Virus record (IMG/VR): IMGVR_UViG_3300015370_000252
Coordinates: 1 to 25,189 of that record
DNA from: a virus
Taxonomy: Duplodnaviria; Caudoviricetes
Direction: 5' to 3' (one strand)
DNA length: 25,189 nucleotides
Positions 1-7,602 of the stretch are shown here, piece by piece. A program made the position numbers and the translations under genes. Each line of letters starts with the position of its first letter. Within the stretch, counting starts at the first letter, position 1. The notes beneath the pieces are model-generated. The model was not told the DNA's origin. It made no database searches and saw only the letters and a list, made by a program, of their open reading frames with translations.

Positions 1-92
1 GGATCATCAACCATTGGAAAAATATCAGTAGATACTGGGGTAGTATTTGCACCCAGAGCAGTGATTTTGAGATCGGCCAATTTATACCCCCA
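1..92 (-). CDS. 5' end of probable virion structural (tail/fibre-like) protein, runs off window
   Basis: Manual translation MGYKLADLKITALGANTTPVSTDIFPMVDD...; ATG at 92, or TTG at 80 preceded by GGGGT; follows another structural-like gene. Confidence 0.55.
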
Positions 93-124
93 TTTCTAAT
101 AATTTTTTATCAACCATATTATTC

Positions 125-568
125 CTATGCTAGCTGTAAGATCCCTTCGATTGACCAGGGTATATCGACTTGAGTAGCTGTAGCGGGAATATCAGCTGTA
201 AAGTCAATGAATGCAATTGGAATATCATTGGTATTTGTTCCATCGACATATTTGTAGATTAAGACCCCCTGATAATCTCTAGTAGCATTTCCACTTAGAC
301 CAGCAAATGACACGTCAGCCGCGTCAAATTCTGCTCTATCATTGGCATTATCGGCTGCTACAACCTCTGAGGTTAGCGCTACATCCGCATATCCCGTAGC
401 ATTGGCCACATCTATTAAAGTATAGTTCACAAGAGTGTTGATTGCATCTACTTCCGTATCACACGTAGTTGTATTCATACATAGTCTAGCCCTAATGTCA
501 TTGGTATCTAAATCAATAGTCCCATTCATTAGTCCGACCTTTGCTGAATTTGGTATTGCGCTCGCCAT
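125..568 (-). CDS. Putative virion structural protein (147 aa)
   Basis: Strong SD GGGAGGT; acidic Ala/Thr/Asp-rich sequence with IDLDTNDIRARL..GYAD.ALTS..FDAADVSF..W...GILQL pattern typical of phage tail-region proteins. Confidence 0.65.
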   Translation of the reverse strand: MASAIPNSAKVGLMNGTIDLDTNDIRARLCMNTTTCDTEVDAINTLVNYTLIDVANATGYADVALTSEVVAADNANDRAEFDAADVSFAGLSGNATRDYQGVLIYKYVDGTNTNDIPIAFIDFTADIPATATQVDIPWSIEGILQLA

Positions 569-645
569 AATTACCTCCCTATATTCTTCTATCTTAGAGT
601 TAATACTTAAAACTCATAATAACACCCTATGTTATTTCATTAAAA

Positions 646-900
646 TTAGATAATTGCTTCAGGACCATAAAATCCAATTACATTTTCGATAGCTCCAGCA
701 GCCATAGCATATGGAACTTCAACTTGGTTTACTACTCCACTCCTAGTTTCAACAACCACGCTTTTAAACATTCTGCCATTTATAGCAAATTCAACTGGCA
801 TAGTGAATTTAAGCATTGTAAAAGAAGGCATCGTTACTTGAGGTGCTTCTTTTATTAAATCAACACTAACAGTTTTCTTATTGGCTTTACGTTTTGCCAT
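646..900 (-). CDS. Possible nested in-frame protein (84 aa, MAKRKANKK...)
   Basis: In-frame ATG at 900 preceded by AAGGAG SD just after the GT4 domain ends. Confidence 0.45.
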   Translation of the reverse strand: MAKRKANKKTVSVDLIKEAPQVTMPSFTMLKFTMPVEFAINGRMFKSVVVETRSGVVNQVEVPYAMAAGAIENVIGFYGPEAII

Positions 901-2604
901 TTTAGTCTCCTTTTTTATTAATTCTAACCAACTCTTAAATATAATATCCCAAGAATGTTGTTTAGCCTTAGCTTTGGCTTTACTAGCCAACTCTTTTCGT
1001 TTTTTATGATTGGTTAATATTTCTACTACAGAGTCTACGAATTCTCCAGCTAATTCACTATTAGATAATATAATTCCACCCTCTCCTACAGTAGTAGGCA
1101 AAGCTCCTAGGTCACTAGTTACTGGTACTGCACCCGCAGCCATACACTCCATTACTGATATACAGAAACACTCATCATAATTACATGGATATGCCATCAC
1201 CTCTGACTCTAATTGATGTTGTACTAGTTCCTTGCGCTCTACTTTCCCCAAAAAATCAACATAGTCTAACTTATTGAACATCCCTTTATATTCGCCGTTT
1301 CTAGCCGTCTCCTGACCCCACAAACGATAATCTGAGGTAATAGTTAAGTTAAATTTTGGGACACGTTTCTTAATCTGCGGAGTTAAAACACTTAAGAGCT
1401 CCAGTCCTCTCATCGGCACACTACAGAATATCACTTTACTTTTAATCTTTTTAACTTTCTTTTTATAATCAACTAGATTTATCCCAAGATCAATGACTTC
1501 TACTCCTTGGGTTTTATAAGTATCCTCTAAATATTTTTTATGAAATTCCGAGATCGCAATAGTCTTATCTACATAAGGAAACACCTTCATATCCCACACT
1601 CCTTGAGCATCAGTATATTGATCACAACTCCAAAACAGCTTAAGTTTAGTATTAGCAACCTCAACGATTGGGTGCCAAGATCTAAATAAAACAAACACAT
1701 CGCAGTATGATGTAGATACATACTCAAAGATATTGTGATAATGTACTCCCCCAAACACACCTACTTTATCAGTATGATTATATATTTCTGTTCTCCAGCC
1801 GTTTTTTGCAAACTCTCTGGCTAAGAGAATAATTGAAGCCTCAGCTCCACCCACACCCTTACCCTCAAAGTCTTCATCTAAAAACCCATAAGGTACTCCA
1901 GATACAAAGAACACTATTCTCTTCTTTTTAGTATTTTTGAGATGCCTCACCATCATTTTATTTCTAAATACAGCCTGGGCAAATATTGTAGTTTTGGGAA
2001 TGTCTATCTGGTCAGAACTTCTTGACTGTAAATGGTGAAGCGCCACGGGTACTTCTAACAATTTATAACCCTTATCCTGAGCCACTACGCTCATCCACAC
2101 ATCTTCAAAATAGGCGGTTCCAAAGTCCTCACACCAAACCTCATCTCCAACCTTAATCTCGTCAAACATCTCCTTAGAGCCAAACACGCACCACCCAGCT
2201 ATATAAGGAGTAGTAATTAGGTCAAAAGCTGTCAATGTATTGTAATCAATTATTTGAGGACCAATCAAAGATTTTGGGGTTTCGTCCAAAGCTTGATTCA
2301 ACATCTCCAACCAATTAGATGAATGATGAACTACATCATTCGAAATAAAACAAATTCTATCTCCAGTAGCTTGAGCATATCCTAAATTATTTCCTCCACC
2401 AAAGCCTAAGTTTTTATCCGATAGAACAACTTTAATCTTCTTTTCTTTTTTAGCTATGTCTTTTAACCACCTATCTGTTCCATCAGAACTCCCGTTATCA
2501 ACAACAATAAGCTCCCAATCTCCTGGAACTTTAAGCATCTGGTTAATAAACGGTACAGTTAAATCATAGAGGTGGTTGAACACTGGTAAAATTAAACTCG
2601 TCAT
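646..2604 (-). CDS. Two-domain glycosyltransferase (N-terminal GT2/GT-A + GT4/GT-B) with extra 84-aa C-terminal module
   Basis: GT2 motifs LILPVFN, ELIVVDNGSSDGT, NLGFGGGNNLG, FISND, YFEDV; GT4 motifs GGAE, ECFCISVMECMAAGAVPVTSDLGALP. Confidence 0.9.
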   Translation of the reverse strand: MTSLILPVFNHLYDLTVPFINQMLKVPGDWELIVVDNGSSDGTDRWLKDIAKKEKKIKVVLSDKNLGFGGGNNLGYAQATGDRICFISNDVVHHSSNWLEMLNQALDETPKSLIGPQIIDYNTLTAFDLITTPYIAGWCVFGSKEMFDEIKVGDEVWCEDFGTAYFEDVWMSVVAQDKGYKLLEVPVALHHLQSRSSDQIDIPKTTIFAQAVFRNKMMVRHLKNTKKKRIVFFVSGVPYGFLDEDFEGKGVGGAEASIILLAREFAKNGWRTEIYNHTDKVGVFGGVHYHNIFEYVSTSYCDVFVLFRSWHPIVEVANTKLKLFWSCDQYTDAQGVWDMKVFPYVDKTIAISEFHKKYLEDTYKTQGVEVIDLGINLVDYKKKVKKIKSKVIFCSVPMRGLELLSVLTPQIKKRVPKFNLTITSDYRLWGQETARNGEYKGMFNKLDYVDFLGKVERKELVQHQLESEVMAYPCNYDECFCISVMECMAAGAVPVTSDLGALPTTVGEGGIILSNSELAGEFVDSVVEILTNHKKRKELASKAKAKAKQHSWDIIFKSWLELIKKETKMAKRKANKKTVSVDLIKEAPQVTMPSFTMLKFTMPVEFAINGRMFKSVVVETRSGVVNQVEVPYAMAAGAIENVIGFYGPEAII

Positions 2605-3494
2605 ATTTCTTCCAGCATTTTCTCAACCCTAGCCTTGAAGGTGTGAGGTTGTACTTTTTTATAACCATTCTCTGCAATTCGCTTCATTTCTTTAGGATTA
2701 TTAAGAAGTGTGTCTATCTTTGCAATAGCTTCATCTTCAGAGTTAAACCCCACATAATCTTCCCCATCTATAAAATCAAACTTTCTTAGATCTGGTACAT
2801 GATTGGTAACCACACATCTACACATCGCCAATCCCTCCCAAAACCGAGCAGGTAAATCCATTTTAGAAGACCAATTAAACGCTATTGGAGCGCTATTGTA
2901 TAACTTTACATATTCATCATAAATATATCCTATCCCAGCAAACACTCTCCAACCTTTAGCAGCTACACCATCCAGCACGCGCTTGCGATGGTCATACTGA
3001 AGGCCACATAACACCACATCATATTTCTGTTTTACAGTTGGAAGATACTTATATATCTCTGGATCATAACCATATGGCATCCAACCGTCATCTGGCTTTC
3101 TATAGTGATCTTGCATAGAAAAGTATTTATCTGCATGTTCTTTTTGAAGATCATAATTAACTACATGTGGATCAGTCCCAATCACAATATTTGGGACTGG
3201 GGCCTTACCACTAATATAATAGGTGTCTGCTGCTTGGATTAATAGATCTGGTTTAATCTTAGCCAACCTAAGTGTTTCAAAAACGTTTTTCATCTCAATA
3301 ATGGGAACATCTGGTGATTCAACCGTTGGTGGGAACCAATACTTCTTAGGATATTCAGTAACACCTTCCCAGGGGATACTCCCCCTAGACCAAGGACCAA
3401 TAGATATAACCTCATGACCAGCTTGCTCTAGCCCCCAATGGATGTAACGGCCCATAGCCATGGGATAGTGTTTATAAAATACCGCTACGGTCAT
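2601..3494 (-). CDS. GT-B glycosyltransferase (CgeB/Glyco_trans_1_2-like)
   Basis: YDVVLCG..R, YVKLYNSAPIAFN, RFWEGLAMCRCVVTN, IAENGYKKVQPHTFKARV; start re-called to ATG 3494 (GGGAGG SD) rather than 3545. Confidence 0.8.
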   Translation of the reverse strand: MTVAVFYKHYPMAMGRYIHWGLEQAGHEVISIGPWSRGSIPWEGVTEYPKKYWFPPTVESPDVPIIEMKNVFETLRLAKIKPDLLIQAADTYYISGKAPVPNIVIGTDPHVVNYDLQKEHADKYFSMQDHYRKPDDGWMPYGYDPEIYKYLPTVKQKYDVVLCGLQYDHRKRVLDGVAAKGWRVFAGIGYIYDEYVKLYNSAPIAFNWSSKMDLPARFWEGLAMCRCVVTNHVPDLRKFDFIDGEDYVGFNSEDEAIAKIDTLLNNPKEMKRIAENGYKKVQPHTFKARVEKMLEEI

Positions 3495-4629
3495 CTTCCT
3501 CCCAAGGCATAGTAAATTCACCCTGTAAAACTTCCATAGAGCCATATCCTTGATAAAAGTCTTTAACTAACCCTATGACTTTTTCTTGTTCACTAAACTT
3601 TAAACCATCGTGTACTGGTAGAGTTAGGAGGTTTACCCACAACTTATCCACAACTGGCATCGGATCTTTAGCAGCCTTTTTCCAATAAGTCATCTCATGT
3701 AAAGGCTTAAAATGAACCGAAGTGGCAATTCCATTCTCTGCTAACATTTCTGAAAGTCCATTCCTGTTGTAGCACTGCATCGTATAATATTGGACTGTAT
3801 AAGTGTTCTTAGGAGTCTTAATAAACTTAATATCTTTAAAAGCGTCATTATATACGCTCTGGTGAGCGCGTCTCTTAGCTGTCATCTCATCCAATCGTCT
3901 CAGTTGACCAAGACCAATGACAGCAGTGATGTCATTCATGTAACCTTTAATAGCATTAGCTTGAGTAATGTCATAATCCCAAGTATATTTCCTGCCCAAA
4001 GTTCTAGAGTAGGTTGTTTTCTCTACTCCCAGCCAGGTTAAAGTTCTTAACTTGTTGTAAATTTCTTTATCATTTGTAGTAATCATTCCCCCATCACCGA
4101 CTGGAAGGCTCTTAACCGCCTGGAAAGACCAGATAGTTATATCTGCATCTTTACCCGCTCCTGGCGTACAGGCAGCATGAGCGGCATCTTCAATCACTAG
4201 AATATTGCCAGCTTTTTTTTTAATAGCTTTAATATCAGCTAAATGTCCATGAGAATCTACAGCTATTATGGCCTTAGTTTCGGGAGTTATTTTTATCGCT
4301 TCGGGGTCTATACAGAAATCATCAGCTCTAATATCGGCAAACGTCACATCCATGTCATTATATTCACCCACAATAGCATCGGAAACAAATGTGAATGGAG
4401 TGGTGATTAACTCTCCACCCCTAATATCATAAACCTTTAAACACAGGTCTAGGGCAGCAGTACCCGAACTAGTACCAACAGCATATTTAGCTCCTACCTT
4501 CTCTGCAAACTTTTCTTCAAATTCTTTAGTCTTTGGTCCCTGTCCAACCCAACCACTGTCTAATACTTCACATAATTCTTTTTTTGTTTGTTCATCAAAA
4601 GTGGGTCTTAAAACTGGGATAACTTTCAT
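3472..4629 (-). CDS. DegT/DnrJ/EryC1/StrS PLP-dependent NDP-sugar aminotransferase
   Basis: SGWVGQGP..FEEKFA, SSGTAAL, TPFTFVS, IEDAAHA, SFQAVKSL (PLP Lys), GDGGMITTND, LTLPVH. Confidence 0.93.
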   Translation of the reverse strand: MKVIPVLRPTFDEQTKKELCEVLDSGWVGQGPKTKEFEEKFAEKVGAKYAVGTSSGTAALDLCLKVYDIRGGELITTPFTFVSDAIVGEYNDMDVTFADIRADDFCIDPEAIKITPETKAIIAVDSHGHLADIKAIKKKAGNILVIEDAAHAACTPGAGKDADITIWSFQAVKSLPVGDGGMITTNDKEIYNKLRTLTWLGVEKTTYSRTLGRKYTWDYDITQANAIKGYMNDITAVIGLGQLRRLDEMTAKRRAHQSVYNDAFKDIKFIKTPKNTYTVQYYTMQCYNRNGLSEMLAENGIATSVHFKPLHEMTYWKKAAKDPMPVVDKLWVNLLTLPVHDGLKFSEQEKVIGLVKDFYQGYGSMEVLQGEFTMPWEEDDRSGIL

Positions 4630-5333
4630 ATTTTCCTTTCATATAACTGGTCCCATAACATAGTATTTAAACTAGTATCTCTAGGCAACCTAACTGGGAT
4701 ACTCACTCTCTTAGTAGGTTGAACCATCCTTGTCCTTAATGCTAATTGATATAAATTCTTTCTACCAGTTCCAATATTAATTACTTTAGGAAGCGTTGCT
4801 TCATTATTTACAGCTCGGGCAACTCTCTCTGCAATAATTTCCACATAATCTCCAGAGGTCCACATATCTGTAGGCACTACTGGATGTGGATATGGGCTAG
4901 GTTTAAATAGAGTTCTAATAATAGAATATTTGGGAGATTTAGTTGCCACAAATTCTCCAAGTAGTTTGGTCATTGAATAAAAATTAACTGGAGCTGGGAC
5001 ATCTCCTTCTTTATAATTCCCCTTTTCTCCATCAAAAACATACTCCGTACTCATATAAATAAATCTAGGAGATCTAACGGCCAGTTGTTCTGTCCCAAAT
5101 ACATTAACTCGATAACACTCGCACTTCTCATACTCAGCTTTGCCTACATCAGTATAAGCCCCCAGATGCAATACTACATCTGGTTTATACTTCTGAAAAG
5201 CTACTTTAATTGAATCCACACTAGTTAGATCCATTTCTTCTCTATCTACAAAGATAGCATCTTTAAAATATTGTTTTAGATGACTTGCCAGCAAACCTTT
5301 GCCGCCTGTAATCATTAGCTTTTTTGACTGCAT
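4626..5333 (-). CDS. RmlD-like NDP-4-keto-6-deoxysugar reductase (SDR)
   Basis: ITGGKGLLA Rossmann motif, AYTDVGKAE, STEYVFDG, PVNFYSMTKLLGE (YxxxK); shorter than typical RmlD. Confidence 0.88.
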   Translation of the reverse strand: MQSKKLMITGGKGLLASHLKQYFKDAIFVDREEMDLTSVDSIKVAFQKYKPDVVLHLGAYTDVGKAEYEKCECYRVNVFGTEQLAVRSPRFIYMSTEYVFDGEKGNYKEGDVPAPVNFYSMTKLLGEFVATKSPKYSIIRTLFKPSPYPHPVVPTDMWTSGDYVEIIAERVARAVNNEATLPKVINIGTGRKNLYQLALRTRMVQPTKRVSIPVRLPRDTSLNTMLWDQLYERKI

Positions 5334-5739
5334 TAACTAGCTCTCCTTTCAGAGCTAAATCTACTATTTTTTTCATTTCTGGATTTGGTTTCGCATCTTT
5401 ATTTCTAGCTCTCTGTAAATCTAAATATGAGAGACCTTTCTTTTTCATCATTTTCTCTTGTGCTATCTCGTGGGGTTTGAGTTTAAGTCCCATATGTTTC
5501 CAAAATGGAGTAGCCCAATATTCTTCTTTAGAATGTAATGATTGATAGTGCGGAGTTATATGACCACCAATTTTATCTAGTTTATTCTTGCAATTTTTGC
5601 AAGGAAGCACACTAAACCTGAGGTCTATAATAGCTCCTACCTCGTCACAATTAGGGCACTTAGTGCAAGAATTACAAAAAGATTCTCCTAAAGTGTTTAT
5701 CCTAATCATCTCGCCAGTACCACAAAGTTTACACTTCAT
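5263..5739 (-). CDS. Hypothetical protein with N-terminal Cys-rich zinc ribbons
   Basis: Four CxxC pairs (CKLC, CNSC, CPNC, CKNC), basic C-terminus; overlaps both neighbours. Confidence 0.65.
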   Translation of the reverse strand: MKCKLCGTGEMIRINTLGESFCNSCTKCPNCDEVGAIIDLRFSVLPCKNCKNKLDKIGGHITPHYQSLHSKEEYWATPFWKHMGLKLKPHEIAQEKMMKKKGLSYLDLQRARNKDAKPNPEMKKIVDLALKGELVNAVKKANDYRRQRFAGKSSKTIF

Positions 5740-6779
5740 TTAAAAACTCCACTAATTTTTTAACACATAATTCCCAAGAATAATTCTTATGAATAAATTT
5801 ACTCGCCTTTTTACCCACTACAAAAGAATAATCTTTATTTTCATACATATGCCTCATTGCGCCCATTAATTCTGGAATATCTATTTTTGCCCAATTACCA
5901 GGCTGCTCCACCATTGGGTTAGCTTTATACAACCCTGCTGGAGTTAGAGCTAATCCTAGATGAGCTATATCTTCTAAACCCGAATAATTAGTCAAGATAG
6001 TTGGTAAACCAGTGGCCATTGCTTCTCGAGGAGGATAGCCAACCCCTTCAGCTTTTGATGGAAACACAAAACAATCTAAATCTTTATACCACTCAACTAA
6101 TTTCTTATAACTCCACAGTTCTGTTGTGATTTCAATTCGTTTATCTTTCATGTTGGCGTAGTAGCCTAAAAACGGGTCTGTACTATGAAGTAGTAATTTC
6201 ACTGGCTCTCCTTGGTCAAACTCACTGGAGAACGCACGTATTAGCTCAAAAACGCCTTTTCTATCATTCAAGTACCCACAAGAGCCAAACAGATACTCAA
6301 CCCGCTTACGCTTGTTTCTTTCACGATATCTAAACCTCTTAGTATCTATACCGTGAGGAATAACTTTAATTGGTACAAACACTCCACATTTCTTAAAAAC
6401 TCGTCTATAAAAATCATTGGGGACAATTACATAATGCATTGTGTTTAATGCACCTACCCATGTTGGACCGATTTCATCAGTCTCAGCCATGGTGTTGGCT
6501 ATCTTAACCTCACACTTGTTTAAATAAAAATGATCTGGGGTGGTTTCTATAATTCCAATTCTTCTCTCCTCAAAAGGTTTATCAAACATTTCGCGCTCTT
6601 CATCATCTAGTACATCCCACTCATCGGTACCAGGTCTAGGAATAAATTTAGCGCTTATTGACACATCTACCCCACTTCTGATAAGGTACTTACACCAGTT
6701 AATATTAGCTATTCCGTAAGGGATAGCCCCCGAAAGGAGTAAAATATCCCAGATATGAGACTTTTAGATTCGAAGGCAT
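5729..6779 (-). CDS. GT4 glycosyltransferase whose 5' end (6779-6723) is out of frame with the body (6718-5729)
   Basis: Body: IPHGID, RKGVFELIRAF, FVFPSKAEGVGYPPREAMATGLPTI. AAGGAGG + ATG 6779 gives MPSNLKVSYLGYFTPFGGY; YGIANINWCKYL continues in the body frame after 7 extra nt. Confidence 0.8.
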
Positions 6780-7330
6780 TATGTGTATCCTCCTTTCTTC
6801 CCAATCCTCAAAAAAGGAAGATTGGTAGGGGTGGATATATTTACATCTCTATTCCTGACCACCCTAACAGGACTAAAGATGGATATTACCTTGAACATCG
6901 ATTTATAGTTGAGAAGTATCTTGGAAGACTTCTTGATAGAAAAGAAGCTGTACATCATGTAGATCATAATCCAGCCAATAATAAAATAAATAATTTGATA
7001 GTTTATAAAAGTTCTGGACAACACTTGAAACATGAACATAATATAAAAAATAGGTTCGGCCAATATACCAAACCTGGAAAAATAACTCTTGAAATTAAAA
7101 AAGGTATTTATAAAAATTGCCTGATTTGTAAAAAGAAATTTTATTTGCTTCCATCTAGAAAGAAATATAAATTTTGTTCCCGTAAGTGCATGGGAAAATC
7201 TTATAAAAATAGACCAGCTCCTTGGATGAAAAGACCACGATCTCTTGAAACTAGAAAAAAAATGAGTCAAAGTGCTAAAAAAGCCCATAGAAATAAACTT
7301 GGAAAATTTATTCACAGCTCCCCCTTGTAA
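6755..7330 (+). CDS. Free-standing HNH homing endonuclease, antisense to the operon
   Basis: GYIYISIPDHP..GYYLEHRFIVEKYLGR..VHHVDHNPANNKINNL (HNH_3-like); CxxC..FCSRKC zinc finger; NUMOD3-like RSLETRKKMSQS. Confidence 0.88.
   Translation: MRLLDSKALCVSSFLPNPQKRKIGRGGYIYISIPDHPNRTKDGYYLEHRFIVEKYLGRLLDRKEAVHHVDHNPANNKINNLIVYKSSGQHLKHEHNIKNRFGQYTKPGKITLEIKKGIYKNCLICKKKFYLLPSRKKYKFCSRKCMGKSYKNRPAPWMKRPRSLETRKKMSQSAKKAHRNKLGKFIHSSPL
6779..7315 (-). CDS. Antisense ORF over the HNH gene (178 aa, Phe-rich); function doubtful
   Basis: Open frame with GGGGGAG SD; GTGA overlap with upstream stop and TAATG overlap with downstream GT start; composition is that of a shadow frame. Confidence 0.3.
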   Translation of the reverse strand: MNKFSKFISMGFFSTLTHFFSSFKRSWSFHPRSWSIFIRFSHALTGTKFIFLSRWKQIKFLFTNQAIFINTFFNFKSYFSRFGILAEPIFYIMFMFQVLSRTFINYQIIYFIIGWIMIYMMYSFFSIKKSSKILLNYKSMFKVISIFSPVRVVRNRDVNISTPTNLPFLRIGKKGGYT

Positions 7331-7500
7331 TCACTACCAAAAATAATCTGATATTGAGCCAGAGCAAGTTCTGACTTAACCCCCTTTTCAAATAAAAAAT
7401 TAACCCCGTTGACACCACCAGAGATGGTTCGTTTTGGAGTTATAGTATATTTCCCGACTATCTCGTTAAGAGCTTTGACGGGTTTGATTGACCTCTTCAT
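7312..7500 (-). CDS. Small capsid-linked hypothetical protein (62 aa)
   Basis: Immediately downstream of the MCP; GVNGVNFLFEKGV resembles from memory small proteins found after N4-gp56-type capsid genes. Confidence 0.6.
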   Translation of the reverse strand: MKRSIKPVKALNEIVGKYTITPKRTISGGVNGVNFLFEKGVKSELALAQYQIIFGSDYKGEL

Positions 7501-7602
7501 TTTTGTTTTGTCTGGCGGTGTTTCCTACTTCAAAGTGGATTCTTTCGGGACCGTCAGCTCCGATGTAACTGAGTGATAAAGTGTTACATAACTTCAAAAA
7601 GC

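Noticed and set aside
7515-7560. Hammerhead ribozyme (CUGA...GAAA on minus strand)
   Set aside because: Core reads CUGACGG rather than CUGANGA and the required stems could not be built
6700-7600. Group I intron carrying the HNH gene
   Set aside because: No recognisable catalytic core, no room around the ORF, HNH is antisense and flanking genes are not split around it
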